A stretch of DNA of 64,000 nucleotides, from NCBI GenBank assembly GCA_951406725.2, contig OX597814.1, forward strand, positions 148,552,001 to 148,616,000. The letters run 5' to 3'. The DNA is from Octopus vulgaris. Its lineage: Eukaryota. Numbering within the stretch: position 1 is the stretch's first letter; each line of letters opens with the position of its first letter. Position numbers and translations under genes: made by a program. Positions 13,870 through 26,804 of the stretch are shown here, piece after piece. The notes under the pieces were generated by a model. The model saw only the letters and a list, made by a program, of their open reading frames with translations, had not been told where the DNA came from and ran no database searches.

Positions 13870-14400
13870 ATGCCTTCGATAGAGGAAAGTCCAAAAATAA
13901 ATTTCGGTGCAGCTATCGGCGTCGCGAACTCATTAAAATTAAAATGGAAGAAATACAAACCTATTTCGGATTCATCACCGACAAAGACGGTGAATCTAGG
14001 ATAACACCACCAAACGAAAAAAAAATTAAAGAAAAGAAAAGACTATTATCTATAAAGTATCCAAAGTAGAGAGAAAAATAAAGATTTAAACACCTGGAGG
14101 AAAGCACCATCGAAAAGTGTCTTGGTGCGACTATGAAAGATATATAACCAGAGGCGGTAAATTCGCCACAATAGAAGCAAGGTTCGAGTCAACGGAGTGT
14201 GCAAGGAAGTACTCGACTCGAACCTTGCAAAGTGGAAATATTTTATTTTCACTTTTATATCTGGGACGTAGGACGTCCCAGATAAAAATTTAAAATGTCC
14301 CCCCAGAAGTAGAGGTAGGCTGGATTGTAGCCACATTTCCAAACAAGAGGGAGGACAAGATACAATTGATCGAAATTGCAAGAGACGGGCCTACAATTCC
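13870..14400 (+). mobile_element. Possible decayed LINE ORF1 (L1/Tx1-like)
   Basis: Interrupted frame YITRGGKFATIEARFESTECARKYSTRTLQSGNILFSLLYLGRRTSQIKI*NVPPEVEVGWIVA has an RRM-like I.NVP.E pattern. Family assignment is tentative. Confidence 0.35.
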
Positions 14401-14589
14401 AGTCTGTTATATATTTTGAGTATTGTTATCACTAGCAATATCAAGATATAACTTTATATTTTGATGTATATATAGATGTACATGTAATATGTACACATAT
14501 ATATACACATATATACATGCACTAGCACTATGACCCGGCATAATGCTAGTATATATATATTAGAATGTTTGGAGATGATGTACAGGTAT

Positions 14590-14731
14590 TATATATTAGA
14601 AGAAATGTGGTTCTCAGAAATCTGGAATGTTTTATATTTACAGATATTTATTAGTATGTTACATGTAACATGTAACATATTAATAAAGATCTGTAAATAT
14701 AAAACTAGCCAGATTCTGAGTACTTCATTTC

Positions 14732-14743
<12 letters not shown>
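14590..14743. repeat. Near-perfect ~154-bp palindrome embedded in (TA)n
   Basis: tatatattagaagaaatg...tatgttacatg / catgtaacata...catttcttctaatatata. Confidence 0.9.
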
Positions 14744-14782
<39 letters not shown>

Positions 14783-14795
14783 GATACTTCATTTC

Positions 14796-14843
<48 letters not shown>

Positions 14844-14845
14844 GT

Positions 14846-15146
14846 TGTAAATAATAATAATGGCATTTTTATATAAGCCTAAGGCGTATGGCGATCACCT
14901 TGCAATGACTACGGAAAACAGTCTACCAATGGTGCAGAAAAAAATAAGGCTTTCTTATCCACGTGGGAGTCGAACGCACTTATTCATGTTAACATGAAAT
15001 GTGTGTTCGATTCCCACACGGTTAAGGAAGCTTCCCCCTTCTGTTGAGGTCCTATATGCCCCTTATTAAAACATTTCCCTTTGTCATTGCACGGTGACCG
15101 CCATAAACTTAATGCTTATATAAAAATACCATTATTATTATTTACA
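14846..15146. mobile_element. ~300-bp palindromic (MITE/fold-back-like) element, copy 1
   Basis: Termini tgtaaataataataatggcatttttatataagc / gcttatataaaaataccattattattatttaca, centre ttcatgttaacatgaa. A related copy lies at 38617-38932. Confidence 0.85.
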
Positions 15147-15204
15147 GGATTGTAAAAACGGCGCCGTATAAAAATAAAAAAAACAACATTTGCACCGAAA
15201 TATT

Positions 15205-15245
<41 letters not shown>

Positions 15246-16092
15246 ATGTGTGTGTATGTGTGTGTGTGTGTATATATATACATATATACATATATACACA
15301 TACACATATTTCTGTACGTATAGTTGTATCTTTGAAATGTATATCTTTTTGTGAATTTGTGTGTGTGTGTGTGTGTGTGTGTATTATTTGGTCTTTATGA
15401 AAAGAAATATCATTTTTATTTTGGTCAACGGTTTTGCTTTTGCTTTTTCATTACTGTGATGTGCAAACTTGATTATAAAAAAAATGACTATTTAATATAT
15501 ATATAGTTGGATTTATATGTGGTTATTTTCTATAATTCTATTTGCAGAGTAGAAGCTTGTCTCTGTGTATGTGCACTTTTGTTTCCCTATATTTTATGAT
15601 ATGTCATACGTTATGACTCATTACACCTCTGTTGCTCTTTTCTCTGTGTAAACGTTCGTAGAAAATTCATTAGTTACAGAATATCAGACATCTTATAATC
15701 GGTTTTTAATGAATATCAGCTGTATTGGGGCAAACCATATGGCATTTTTTCGACATTTGTTAAGTCCGGTTACCAAATATATATATTATCTTTCGTTGGA
15801 GGTTGCAGATAATTTGCAATTTACAAGAATATTATTATTTTTGTTTTAGATGTAATATTTTTCACTCACATTTGCTATTATGAATAAATATTCAAAACAA
15901 TTTTTCTTTTCCATTCGCTGATATTATTGGTGACGACGACGATGGCGATGATGATGATGATGATGATGATTACGACGACGACGACTTTTATGGTGATGAT
16001 GATGATGCTGATGGTGGTGGCGGTGGCGGTGGCGGTGGTGGTGATGAATTTGATGAGGAGGAGGAGGATGATAATGATGATTTTTATGGTGG

Positions 16093-16126
<34 letters not shown>

Positions 16127-16566
16127 AGTAGTGGTGGCATTAGTGATGTTGCTATTCCTCTAACTGATATTCATACTAATGTAGCTCGCTAGCTCTGGAG
16201 TTGTGTTTTGTTGTAATGGCGTTCGTAATGAAATCGCATTGTTCACATTTTAACCTTGTCAATAACTTCGCTTTAATATCTGTCATCCAAGGAGTTAATC
16301 TAGATGACAAAAGACTCCTAATGAGTGGATCCTATTGTTCAATTCTCACACATATAGTGACACGAAGACGCACGCAAATACACATGTTGCCCCAACACAT
16401 ATATAGGCATATAAATGTGCATATAAATGTGCGTATATATACATACACACATATATTCATACATACATACATACATTCATGCATACATGCTTACGCACGC
16501 ATACACTCACACAGACAAACATACACACATATACTTATAGTCTAAATATGTGAGTAACCTTATATG

Positions 16567-16613
<47 letters not shown>

Positions 16614-16719
16614 TTACATACGTATGCATATATAATATGTATACACACACACATATATATATATACATATACATAAATATATATAATATATACATAATAT
16701 TATACATATACACTACATA

Positions 16720-16772
<53 letters not shown>

Positions 16773-17414
16773 ATATGTATAATATAAGTGCACATATAAG
16801 TATATGAACATCTGTGTATATGACACCATAGGTGTATCCCTCTTTCAGTAAAGTAGACATTGATTTTTCCACTACATTTGTTGTTTTCGCTCTTATTTCA
16901 ATTTTTTTTAGATAAGCTCATAACTCCAACTGAGTATATTAATAAAGAAGCAGTGACTTTACACCAACGAATTACATAGGCGCTTTGAAAGTTGATTTTT
17001 AACCTGTCAGTTTGATAAATAGAAATAAGGTGTAGGAGGTTGGATTGAAAATCGTTGAAAAAGTAATTTTCCATTCAGGATTACATTACTTTGTTCCATT
17101 GACTGAAGTAATATAGTTTCTTTTCCACTATCCCATATTATTTTTCCCCACTCGTTTTCGGTTTCGTTCTTATTAATATCATCAACGTCGTCACCGTCGT
17201 TGTCCTCGTCATCATCACCTCCAAAACATATTTCCTCAACGTTACCTTCATCTCTAACTACTTGCATTATTCAGAGTAATATGTTGACAACCATGACGAC
17301 GATGATGATGATGATGATGATGAAGGCATTAATGTTTACTGTCATTCTTCTTCTTATTATTATTATTCCTCTTCTTTTTCTTCTTCTTCTTCTTATTATT
17401 ATTTTTTTTTCTTC

Positions 17415-17825
17415 TTTCAGATTTGCTTCCATTTCTTGCCGAGTGTCTTCCCGACTCCTAGGGCAAAGAAACTCATAGTATACATTGGTAGGCCATTACA
17501 CCAAACTCAATAGTTCGTTCATTTTTATTTTTTTTATTTTTTTTAAAGTTAAATTAAAATACATGAGCAGCAACAATTCTCACATCGACAATGCTCTTCT
17601 CAATACATGTGATGTACCAGTTAAGACAATCTTTTGCACTTCTTGCAGGGATGGTAAGCCAGCGATCATTCTCATATAATTTTCGGTTCCCTTCTTGATC
17701 ATTCCTAGTGCTCCTACGATCACTGGTATTGTAACCGCCTTGAGATGCCACATTTTCTCAATTTCAATGAGTAGGTCTTTATATTTTCTGAGCTTGTCAA
17801 ACTCTTTCGCTGAGATATTATGATC
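17415..17825 (-). mobile_element. 5'-truncated R4/Dong-clade LINE (end of the RLE endonuclease plus 3' UTR)
   Basis: DHNISAKEFDKLRKYKDLLIEIEKMWHLKAVTIPVIVGALG...VLTGTSHVLRRALSM is homologous to 58476-58715. Its 5' junction is in a long (TAA)n. Confidence 0.9.
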
Positions 17826-17924
<99 letters not shown>

Positions 17925-17996
17925 CATCATCATCGTCGTCGTCGTCATCATCATCATATTCATCATTATTGTTATTATTATTATTATTATTATTAC

Positions 17997-18027
<31 letters not shown>

Positions 18028-18030
<3 letters not shown>

Positions 18031-18325
18031 GAGTGAGAGAGCAGTGCATGCCATCAAAGTGACACTAGGGTAAAATATACGAAGCCCAGTTTACCCATCT
18101 GATAATGGTACACCAGTAATAGGCATCACAACCAAATGTGCGCGACATGGTGATCTCATATCAAGATAAACAGCGCATGACCTTGCAGGTGGGGCCTAGT
18201 TAGAATTTTCTTCTGGTCAAGTAACCCATCCCAAAGAAAAGGCCCCTGAATAAGGGTTGCTTAAGGATGTTGAACGAAACACACATGTTACCAGAGGTGA
18301 ATTATTCAAACCCCAAAGAACTCCA
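18028..18325. mobile_element. Probable short interspersed repeat adjoining (TAA)n
   Basis: An abrupt ~300-bp higher-GC block starts at the end of a (TAT)n tract. There is no second copy in the window, so the call rests on context and on recollection of octopus repeats. Confidence 0.4.
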
Positions 18326-18439
18326 TCTTCATCATATTGCAGCTTGTTGTCAGAATCAATATTATAATTACTCTGATATTAAATAATATTTCACTATTAA
18401 TGTCAATCATTATCTAGTATTTTGGTAGATGCATCGCTG

Positions 18440-18495
<56 letters not shown>

Positions 18496-18520
18496 TGTTG
18501 TTGTTGTTGTTGTTGTTGTT

Positions 18521-18555
<35 letters not shown>

Positions 18556-18847
18556 TGTTGTTTCAGTAGTAGTAGTTGTAGTAGTAGTAGCAGTAGTAGT
18601 AGTAGCAGTAGTAGTGGTTCTGTTTCTGGTGTTGATTATCGTGATAGTGACAGTGGTCGTCGTGGTAACAACAGTGGAACAGGGAGTTGTGATAGCGGAT
18701 GAGATGGTTATACTGGTGATGGTTGTTGTGGTTGTGGTGGTGGTGGTGTGAATGTAGTAATGGTTGTTGTAGAAGTATTTTAAAATAGCAGGATTAGCGC
18801 AGAAAATAATGAAGTGGTTGATGAAGTACACGATGATGCTGACGAAT

Positions 18848-18906
<59 letters not shown>

Positions 18907-20306
18907 TTAACAGTAGTAGTAGTAGCAGAAGAAGAAGAAGAAGAAAAAGAGGCGGGGAAGAAATGGAGGAAGAGGCGGAAGAGAAGATGAGTCCGGAGCA
19001 GAAAATGAAGAAGAAGAAGGGGATGATGAAAGGGAGGAAGAGGGGGAAAAGAAGGGGAAGAGGAAGAAAAGAAAAAATGAAGAAGTAAAATAAGAAAAAT
19101 AAGAAGGCGAAAAAGAAAGGGAGGAATAGAAGAGGAAAGAGAAATAAGAAGGAAACGAAGAAGAAGAAGAGAAGAGAAAGAAGAAGAAGAAGGAGAAGTA
19201 GAATGAGCAGAAGAGGAAAAAGAGGATGAAGTAGCTGAAGAGGAGGCTGAGGATGGAGCAAGAGCAAGTGGATAAGGGGAAGAGGATGTAGAGGGACAAG
19301 TGGGTTAGGAGAAGACGATGTTCAACAGCGAAATTTAAAAGATAGTGAAGGAAAAAGAATAAGTAGCAGGAAGAAGACAAAAAGAATAATAAGAATAACA
19401 GAAAATGGAATAGGAAGGATGGGAGAGGTGAAAGAAGGAGAGGGTGTTTGGATATTTTTTCTGTTGGTTTTAGTAATATTTTTCAGTTCGTATTCCATGT
19501 ATAACTTTTCTTTACGGAAGACAATATAGCTTATTTTAGCAATAACAGCAGACATCAGCAACCATTACCAACCTCCTACTCATCCTCCTCCTTCTTCTCA
19601 TCATCATCATCATCATCATCCTAATCGTCATCATCATTACCATCATTACCATCATTATCATAAAGATGAGTGGTATTATTAGTTGTAGTTGTTATAGCGA
19701 AATTACTACTACTACTACCACCACCACCACCACCACCACTACTACTAGTAGTAGCAGCAGTAGTAGTAGTAGTAGTATTAATAGCAGCACAAATAGTAGT
19801 TTAAGTTGTTGTTGTTACTGTTGTGTAGAAGTAGCTACAGCAGCTCTACTAGTAGTAGTTGTAGCAGCAGTTGTAGCAGAGGGACCAGCAACAGCAGCAG
19901 TAGTAGTTGTTGTTGTGTTTGTTGTTGTTAATATTGTTTTAGCGTTACCATCGTTTTTACTTACTCTAAATTTTATGTTACATTTCCTTCACAAAATTGA
20001 ATTTCTAAATTTACATACTTCTATTAATATAAATCAAGTATTGGATAAATAGACTAATATCCTTAGAAATGGAATGGAAAAAACTAGATTAAAAGGAAAT
20101 CAGAGTTCCATTGCCCCGGCTAATCAGTTAATATGAGGAAATACATATACGAGAAAACGTAAATTGAATAAATAAATAAAAGTCATCGGAGGGGCAATGC
20201 ATACTCGAGAAGATAAGTGGAGATAAGTTTTTTTTCGCAAATTATAGCGTGGCTTGCAATGCGTTGTTTATCCATGCTTTTTAATTAAAGTGATTTATTA
20301 TTATTA

Positions 20307-20473
<167 letters not shown>

Positions 20474-20513
20474 ATTATCATTATTGTTATTATTATCATT
20501 ATTATTTTAAGTA

Positions 20514-21270
20514 TCACTAATATAAGTATTTATACTCCGGTGAAATTAAGAAATCAACTCGTGAATAAGAAAAACAGTCGGATCAATCACACACACACAC
20601 ACACACACCCTCACACAGATGTATATTTATATACTATTTATGCGTGTATGTGTGTATGCACCTACACGTGTCTATGCGCATATGTACGCCATGTTCTATA
20701 CACACGCAGAAGAGAATCGATTCATATGAAAAAGAAAGTGGACAAAATGAAATATTTATAGTATATATTGTATAGAATTTGAGTGTTTTGAACGACTTCA
20801 AAAAGTGACAGTTAAATCAAACGTACTGTAATTCGTTTTAGGATATAAATATGACCACTTGCTTATCGGGAAATTTGTAAATTCGTTATTTAAAATGTTT
20901 TTTCTTCTATAAAGATCACCATTATAGATATTATACTACGGTAAATAAACGAAAGCCTCGAATCCATCATTGTACACACATTGATGCACGCGTGCACACT
21001 TTAACACGCGCACGCGCGCAATTATGTATGTACTCACACGTGTATATGTGCATATGTACACCATGATCTAAACACACTCACACGAGTGTCGATTCATATG
21101 AAAAATAAAGTGAACATATTGCAATACTTATAGAAAAATATTGCATGGAATTAGAGAAGTGTGTCACCATTATAGGTATTTAAAATCCGGTGAAATTAAG
21201 AAATCAACTCGTAAGTAAACGAAACCCACAAATTCACACTGCACACACTTGCGCGCGCCAGCGCACATTC
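20514..21270. repeat. Three decayed tandem units (~250-400 bp)
   Basis: tccggtgaaattaagaaatcaactcgt occurs at ~20536 and ~21186, tcgattcatatgaaaaa..aagtg at ~20717 and ~21088, and tcaccattatag at 20916 and 21164. Confidence 0.75.
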
Positions 21271-21289
21271 GCATGTCTATCTTTGTATC

Positions 21290-21762
21290 TACTCTTTTAC
21301 TCTTTTACTTGTTTCAGTCATTTGAATGTGGCTAAGCTGGAGCACCGCCTTTAATCGAGCAAATCGACCCCAGGACTTATTCTTTGTAAGCCTAGTGCTT
21401 ATTCTATCGGTCTCTTTTGTCGAACCGCTAAGTTAAGGGAAGGTTAAACACCCCAGCATCGGTTGTCAAGCGATGTTTGAGGGACAAAGACAGACACACA
21501 AGCACATACACACACATACACACACAGACACACAGACACACACACACACGCACCACACACACACGCACACATATATATATATATATATACATATATACGG
21601 CGGGCTTCTTTCAGTTTCCGTCTACCAAATCCAACCTCAAGGGTTTGGTCGGCCCGAGGCTATAGTAGAAGACACCTGCCCAAGGTGCCACGCAGTCGGA
21701 CTAAACCCGGAACCATGTTGTTCGTAAACAAGCTACTTACCACACAGCCTCTCCTACGCCTA
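21290..21762 (-). mobile_element. tRNA-derived SINE, family B (internal TA/TG microsatellite)
   Basis: The minus strand starts taggcgtaggagaggctgtgtggtaag...ggttccgggtttagtcc..ctgcgtggcaccttgggca and ends in (gagtaaaa)n. Copies lie at 29985, 30400 and 51785. Confidence 0.85.
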
Positions 21763-21967
21763 CTTAGGTATGTTTAAAGATAATCAAACCAAATTTTCAT
21801 CGTTTCGAGCCACTCCCCCAAAGACTGTTTTTGCCAAATTTGGTGAAAATCCGTTAATCTGTTTTCCACTAATTTTCCAAAATCGCAAACAAAAACGGTT
21901 GATTACAATGCACCGCTTTCGATTAAGCTCGCAGCACATTAATAATAATAGTAGTAGTAACAATAAT

Positions 21968-22850
21968 ATACTTGAAATCGAAGAGCAACTCAAGGAATGT
22001 TTGACTTCCATCAACATCTGCGCTGTTACTGTAGTCCGCTATGGTACTTCCATCTCGAAATGGACACAAGCGGAGATTGACCAACTCGATGGCACTACCC
22101 GAAAGATAATGACAATGCATGGTGCCCTCCACCCTAAAGCAAATGTACACAGACTCTAAATGAAGAGGGGTAAAGCTGGACGTTGGCTGATAAGCATGTG
22201 GGAGTGCATCAACAATGAAAGAAGAAATATGGCAGAATATTTGGTAAACAGCAAACAAGACATGTCACAGTATACTGCTAGTGCAGAAGGAGGCAACGAA
22301 AAACGGACTTGAGAGTTCTCATGAATCCCGACCAAGAACACCCAGCGAGAGAGAAGAAACCCTTCTGTGTATGGAACTATATGGTCAGTTTCACCGTGAA
22401 ACTAACAAATTAAAAGACCAGAAAGCATCAAGGAGATGGCTCAACAAAGGTGACCTAAAAAAAGAAGACTGAAAACCTAATCATCGTTGCCTAAGGAAAA
22501 GGGCATTGAATACCAACTCAGTGAAAAAGTGGTATATATTTCAGAATGTGTGGGAATAGGGTCAAAAGCGTAACTCACATTGTTTGTGCTTGTGAAAGTC
22601 TTGCACAGAAAGAGTACAAGCGTAGACACGACAAGGTAGCCCAAAATCTTCACTTGCTACTATGCTGTATATATGGATATGAGGTTACGGTTGCTTAGTA
22701 CCGACATACACCGGTAAAGGTAATGGACGAAAAGGTGAAAGGCAAAAAACCTCTGGGACTTTGATTTCAAGATAGACACGGTGTTAGAGCACTGAAGGCT
22801 GGGTATAGTACCTTTTAGAAGGGAGAAACAATTGTTTGATAGTAAAGATA
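21968..22850 (+). pseudogene. Decayed R4/Dong-clade LINE (post-RT region, CCHC knuckle, start of RLE)
   Basis: INICAVTVVRYG...TRKIMTMHGALHPKANVHRL, LYGQF, WLNKGDLKKE, RMCGNRVKSVTHIVCAC..LAQKEYKRRHDKV. It starts after a TAA/TAG tract and has many stops and frameshifts. Confidence 0.85.
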
Positions 22851-22924
22851 TAATCAGCTGTACCCCTGGAGGAACGAAAAGAACTCTGCGACTCAAACAC
22901 TATATTTGGAACTATGAAGGTATT

Positions 22925-23335
22925 TTAACGGTCTAACAAAATGCAGGCAAGTACTTTTCCTACTACAGACAAAAGGGAAATCCCACGAAATTTACCACAA
23001 AGATCTTTTGGACACAATTTATACAATGAGACTGAAATGGCATCAATCCAGTCTTGAAGCACTTTCTCAGTTCTCCAACAGTGACAAATTAATATTGTTA
23101 AGAGTTCAAGCATTTTGTCACCCACATATTTCAAGACTTCTGCAGAGATTTCATCAGACCCTGGAGACTTATTGTTGTTCAGCTTATTCACAGCTAAATA
23201 AATGTCATTTAGAATTGCTTCAAATGTCATCTCTTCTATAACTGGAAGGTGTTCGATTTTTTGTATCATTCTCATGTCAGCGGATGATGGTCTATTCGAA
23301 AGTGCAGAAAAATGCTTTACCCAACGCATATGAAT
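22925..23335 (-). pseudogene. RTE-clade LINE fragment (tether and start of RT)
   Basis: RWVKHFSALSNRPS...AVNKLNNNKSPGSDEISAEVLK...QDWIDAISVSLYK...FRGISLLSVVGKVLACILLDR. Confidence 0.85.
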
Positions 23336-24599
23336 AGAAACGGTGTCAGTCAGAAGCAAACGTCCAATTGCTGTTCTCACTGCATATATATATGTACGTA
23401 CATACACACGGACAGACATGCATATGTATAATGTTGAAGCCATCCACAATTCTGTTTTTGTTACACATATATATGTACCGTGAAATAGGTATGCAGTTAT
23501 CCTTCAGTTTGATATAAAATACTTTCCATATATAACTTAACATTAAACATTGTAGTAAACGTGAGTGTGCGTATGTGTGTGCGTGTGTGATGATGTATAC
23601 TCAAATACGTGCATTTATATATGTATATAATACACACACACACACACATATATATATGTACATATATAGACATATAGATACACGGATATATACATGCATA
23701 TACATTCATACAAATAGATATTGTTATATGCTTGGAGTTGTTAGGAACATTTGTCTATATGCTGGAGTTTTTCCCCTCGACACTTGATCTTTTCCGTTTT
23801 AGACAGGCTTACGAAAGAGTAATACGTCTGACAGTGATATCTACCGTAAGGTTGTATATTTGTTATAGATGGATTTTCGTTTAGGCAGATTATCTGCGCT
23901 CTACTCTAGGAAAATTTAATATTGTAAGGCTGGCGAATATCTTTAAATCTGCTTGGAACGAGCAAATAAATTGCTCAATATTACCACACTCGATGTCACG
24001 AATTCTCGACAAAGTGGCTGCTATGTTTTCAGTATCAATAAACATTATTTAGCTTTTAGACTCAACTTAAGGATTATAAAATATTCTATTTAAAATAATC
24101 GAGACTCAAGCTTCATTTTATAAGAATTGTCATTTTCCATGAAGACTTGCATTTTATCTGTCTTTGCTATAAACCTGAGATATGGTCACCAGAGTAATAA
24201 AGTATCACAAGTTTGAGATTGTGGAGGGAAAAGGATAGAATTACACGCAATTAAATGTTTGCTTTTGTATGTACCATTCTGCCATTGTTGAGGCCGGGTT
24301 TAAAAGCGCAATGCGATAATACAACTGAGGGATTTCTTCTATTATCTACTGTAGGGAACATCCGTGCCTTAGAATGGTCGTACTTTAAGCTTCAATATTT
24401 TATGTATATTAGATTGTTCTCGAAATGCAGGCAACACTTCTTTGTTACTTCCGTTCGAGAGTTACAAATAGCGATAATTTTCAAAGACTTACATTTCGTT
24501 GTGTGATGTTAAGTCACTTTAGTTTCTTTTTGAGTTGAAGACACATACTAACGATCAATTCACTACAGAATATTCTGGATGCCGAAAAGTCATCACATC

Positions 24600-25330
24600 T
24601 ATTGGAATCATTAGTGAAATGTGGCATATTATGTTTATGATATTCATGCTCCAGAGCAAATTTATAATTATACAATTATTACAAATACAATGTTTGGTGG
24701 AAAGCTTCAAATCTTTATCTGATGAAAGTCGTATCTCGTGTTAACCAAACGCGACTCGTCAGTTCAGAAGCTTGTTTCAAAATCTAAGAATCTATCCCGT
24801 ATGACAAAGATGTTGCTAAGTGAAACAGAATCCCGTATATCAAGTGTTGTGATCTTGAAAAGTTAATGTTGATAAAACGCACTGTCTGAACTGAACCATT
24901 TTTTAAATTGTTCAATCTAAACATAAGTACAACAGAAGTAAAATATTTGAGAATAATCCGTATTTCTTATATATATTCTTCTTCAGACGTGACTATTTCC
25001 CTATCGTCAGCGTACAACAAATCGTGAAATAGTGAAATAGTGTCACGATTGTTGTTAATGTAATTCTGAAGGAATTGATATTGGACAGTGATATATATTT
25101 CACGGACTTGAAATACTTGAATAATTACGAATGCAAGGTACACAGAAAATAACACTCACAGAGTTTAACACCATAGTTGGCACCAGCTTCTAGATGACTC
25201 GATTCTGATATAAAAGTATTAGAATTCATGTAGGACTCCTTCAAGATGTGCAGTTAGACAAACCTATCAGTAAATTTCGGTGAGCTCACAGGTTTTCATC
25301 AATTCACCAATCCCAATTGTAAGTTCTGCA
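24600..25330 (-). pseudogene. Highly decayed RTE-like RT fragment
   Basis: LFSVYLA...LFHDLLYADD, with KQASELTSRVW downstream on the minus strand. Confidence 0.6.
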
Positions 25331-26766
25331 TTGTTCGCTACACAGTCATCATGAAAGAACTTCGAACGACCAGCCAAGATAATACTCGTTATAAGATAGT
25401 ATCAAATAATATGATAATAGAAATGTTGCTTGTACAAAAGAAAAAAATATATTCCCTAAGTTTCATGGGATGAAACAAAGGAAGACAAAATGATGTGTGA
25501 AGTCAACGCATGTTTCATGTTAGCTTTCATTCTAATTATGTTAACAGACAAGGGCAACCTGAAAACAACGGGATTTTGATTTTGATGTTGTGCATATCTT
25601 ACCCGGATGTTCTCAATAGAATTATGTGTCCAGCAATTTGAATGGTCTGACTCTTTGCTTTGTCAACAGCATGAGCATTTTTATATTCATCCATTATTTT
25701 ATACATCTTGATTTTACATTGCGTGGTTTCAAGCAGACTTCTTTCAGCAAAATAGATGAGAATTTCTTAAAGAGGTTTTGACCATGTAACTGATTATATG
25801 TCACAAGTACAACTCACAAGCGTATGTCACATACAATGATCGTTGGTGACTGTATGCGTGCGTAAGTGTGTATTTTCGTGTGTTTCTCTGTGGATGTGAA
25901 AGTGCACACTCGTGAAAATATGTTTCTCTCAGTTTTAGTTATAAGTAGGAAAAATATCAACTGCGAATAACAGCATGTGTATAGCATATGGTATACTTAA
26001 TGTACCATTTCTTTTCTACTTTTTTAAATGTTTGATATTATATTTATGCTTCTTTCACATAGCGCTTTGCATCGTCCAGGCCTATATTATCCCGAAATGC
26101 ATTTTGTCTTCTCATTTTTGTGGTATATGTTTTCATTGTGGTATATGATTTGAGGGATATTTCTTGCTACTTTGAGCTCTGGAAATGTCTACCTATGAGA
26201 GATAATGATAGCTTACGTAATCCAGAGCAACCTTAATGAGATATGCAATTATATACTTTCCATTGCTGCAGATAATTGTAGAGTATTTTAGAAATAATAT
26301 GGTATCTACTAAAGTCATAACCTGACTTAACTATCCGCTAAGACTAACAATCATTTCTCAAAATTAGAATGCAGGTGTGTTCTGTTCTTGTTGCTGTCAT
26401 TTTGTTACAGGTAATATGTGAACGAGAAAATCAATGACGAAATTATTTCCGTTTTATTTTCAGATATTGTACACCAAAGTAAACATTATTCATTGCTACA
26501 GTGGTTTTATTATAGTATTACTAAGGTGGTTTAGCTGCTATTTCTAACAATAGTGTGACAATGTATGTTAGTGGCAATTTGTGTTGGAGCATACAGAGCA
26601 TGTTTTCTGGTTCGGCCCTGTGTTGCACACTAGCTTCGTATGTTCGCTAAGAGTCTATGGGAAATGTTCTAGTAAACAGTGGAATCGTTAATTTGCGTAT
26701 CTAATACTTCCATCTCTCTGTTTCTCTCACTCTCTATCCCCTTTACTCTCTGTCTTTCTTTCTCGC

Positions 26767-26804
<38 letters not shown>

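Noticed and set aside
16830-17010. Further very decayed transposon traces (Dong-like here, mariner-like at ~26950-27080, PLE-like at ~33960-34120)
   Set aside because: Only a few residues match after assuming several frameshifts, which is too weak without a profile search.
18403-18831. Mucin-like poly-Thr ORF
   Set aside because: It is built from pure (ACT)n and (ACA)n runs inside a triplet mosaic, with no convincing signal peptide or splice context.
20514-21270. CRISPR-like or regulatory array
   Set aside because: The units are long decayed tandem duplications in eukaryotic DNA, with no constant repeat and unique spacer pattern.
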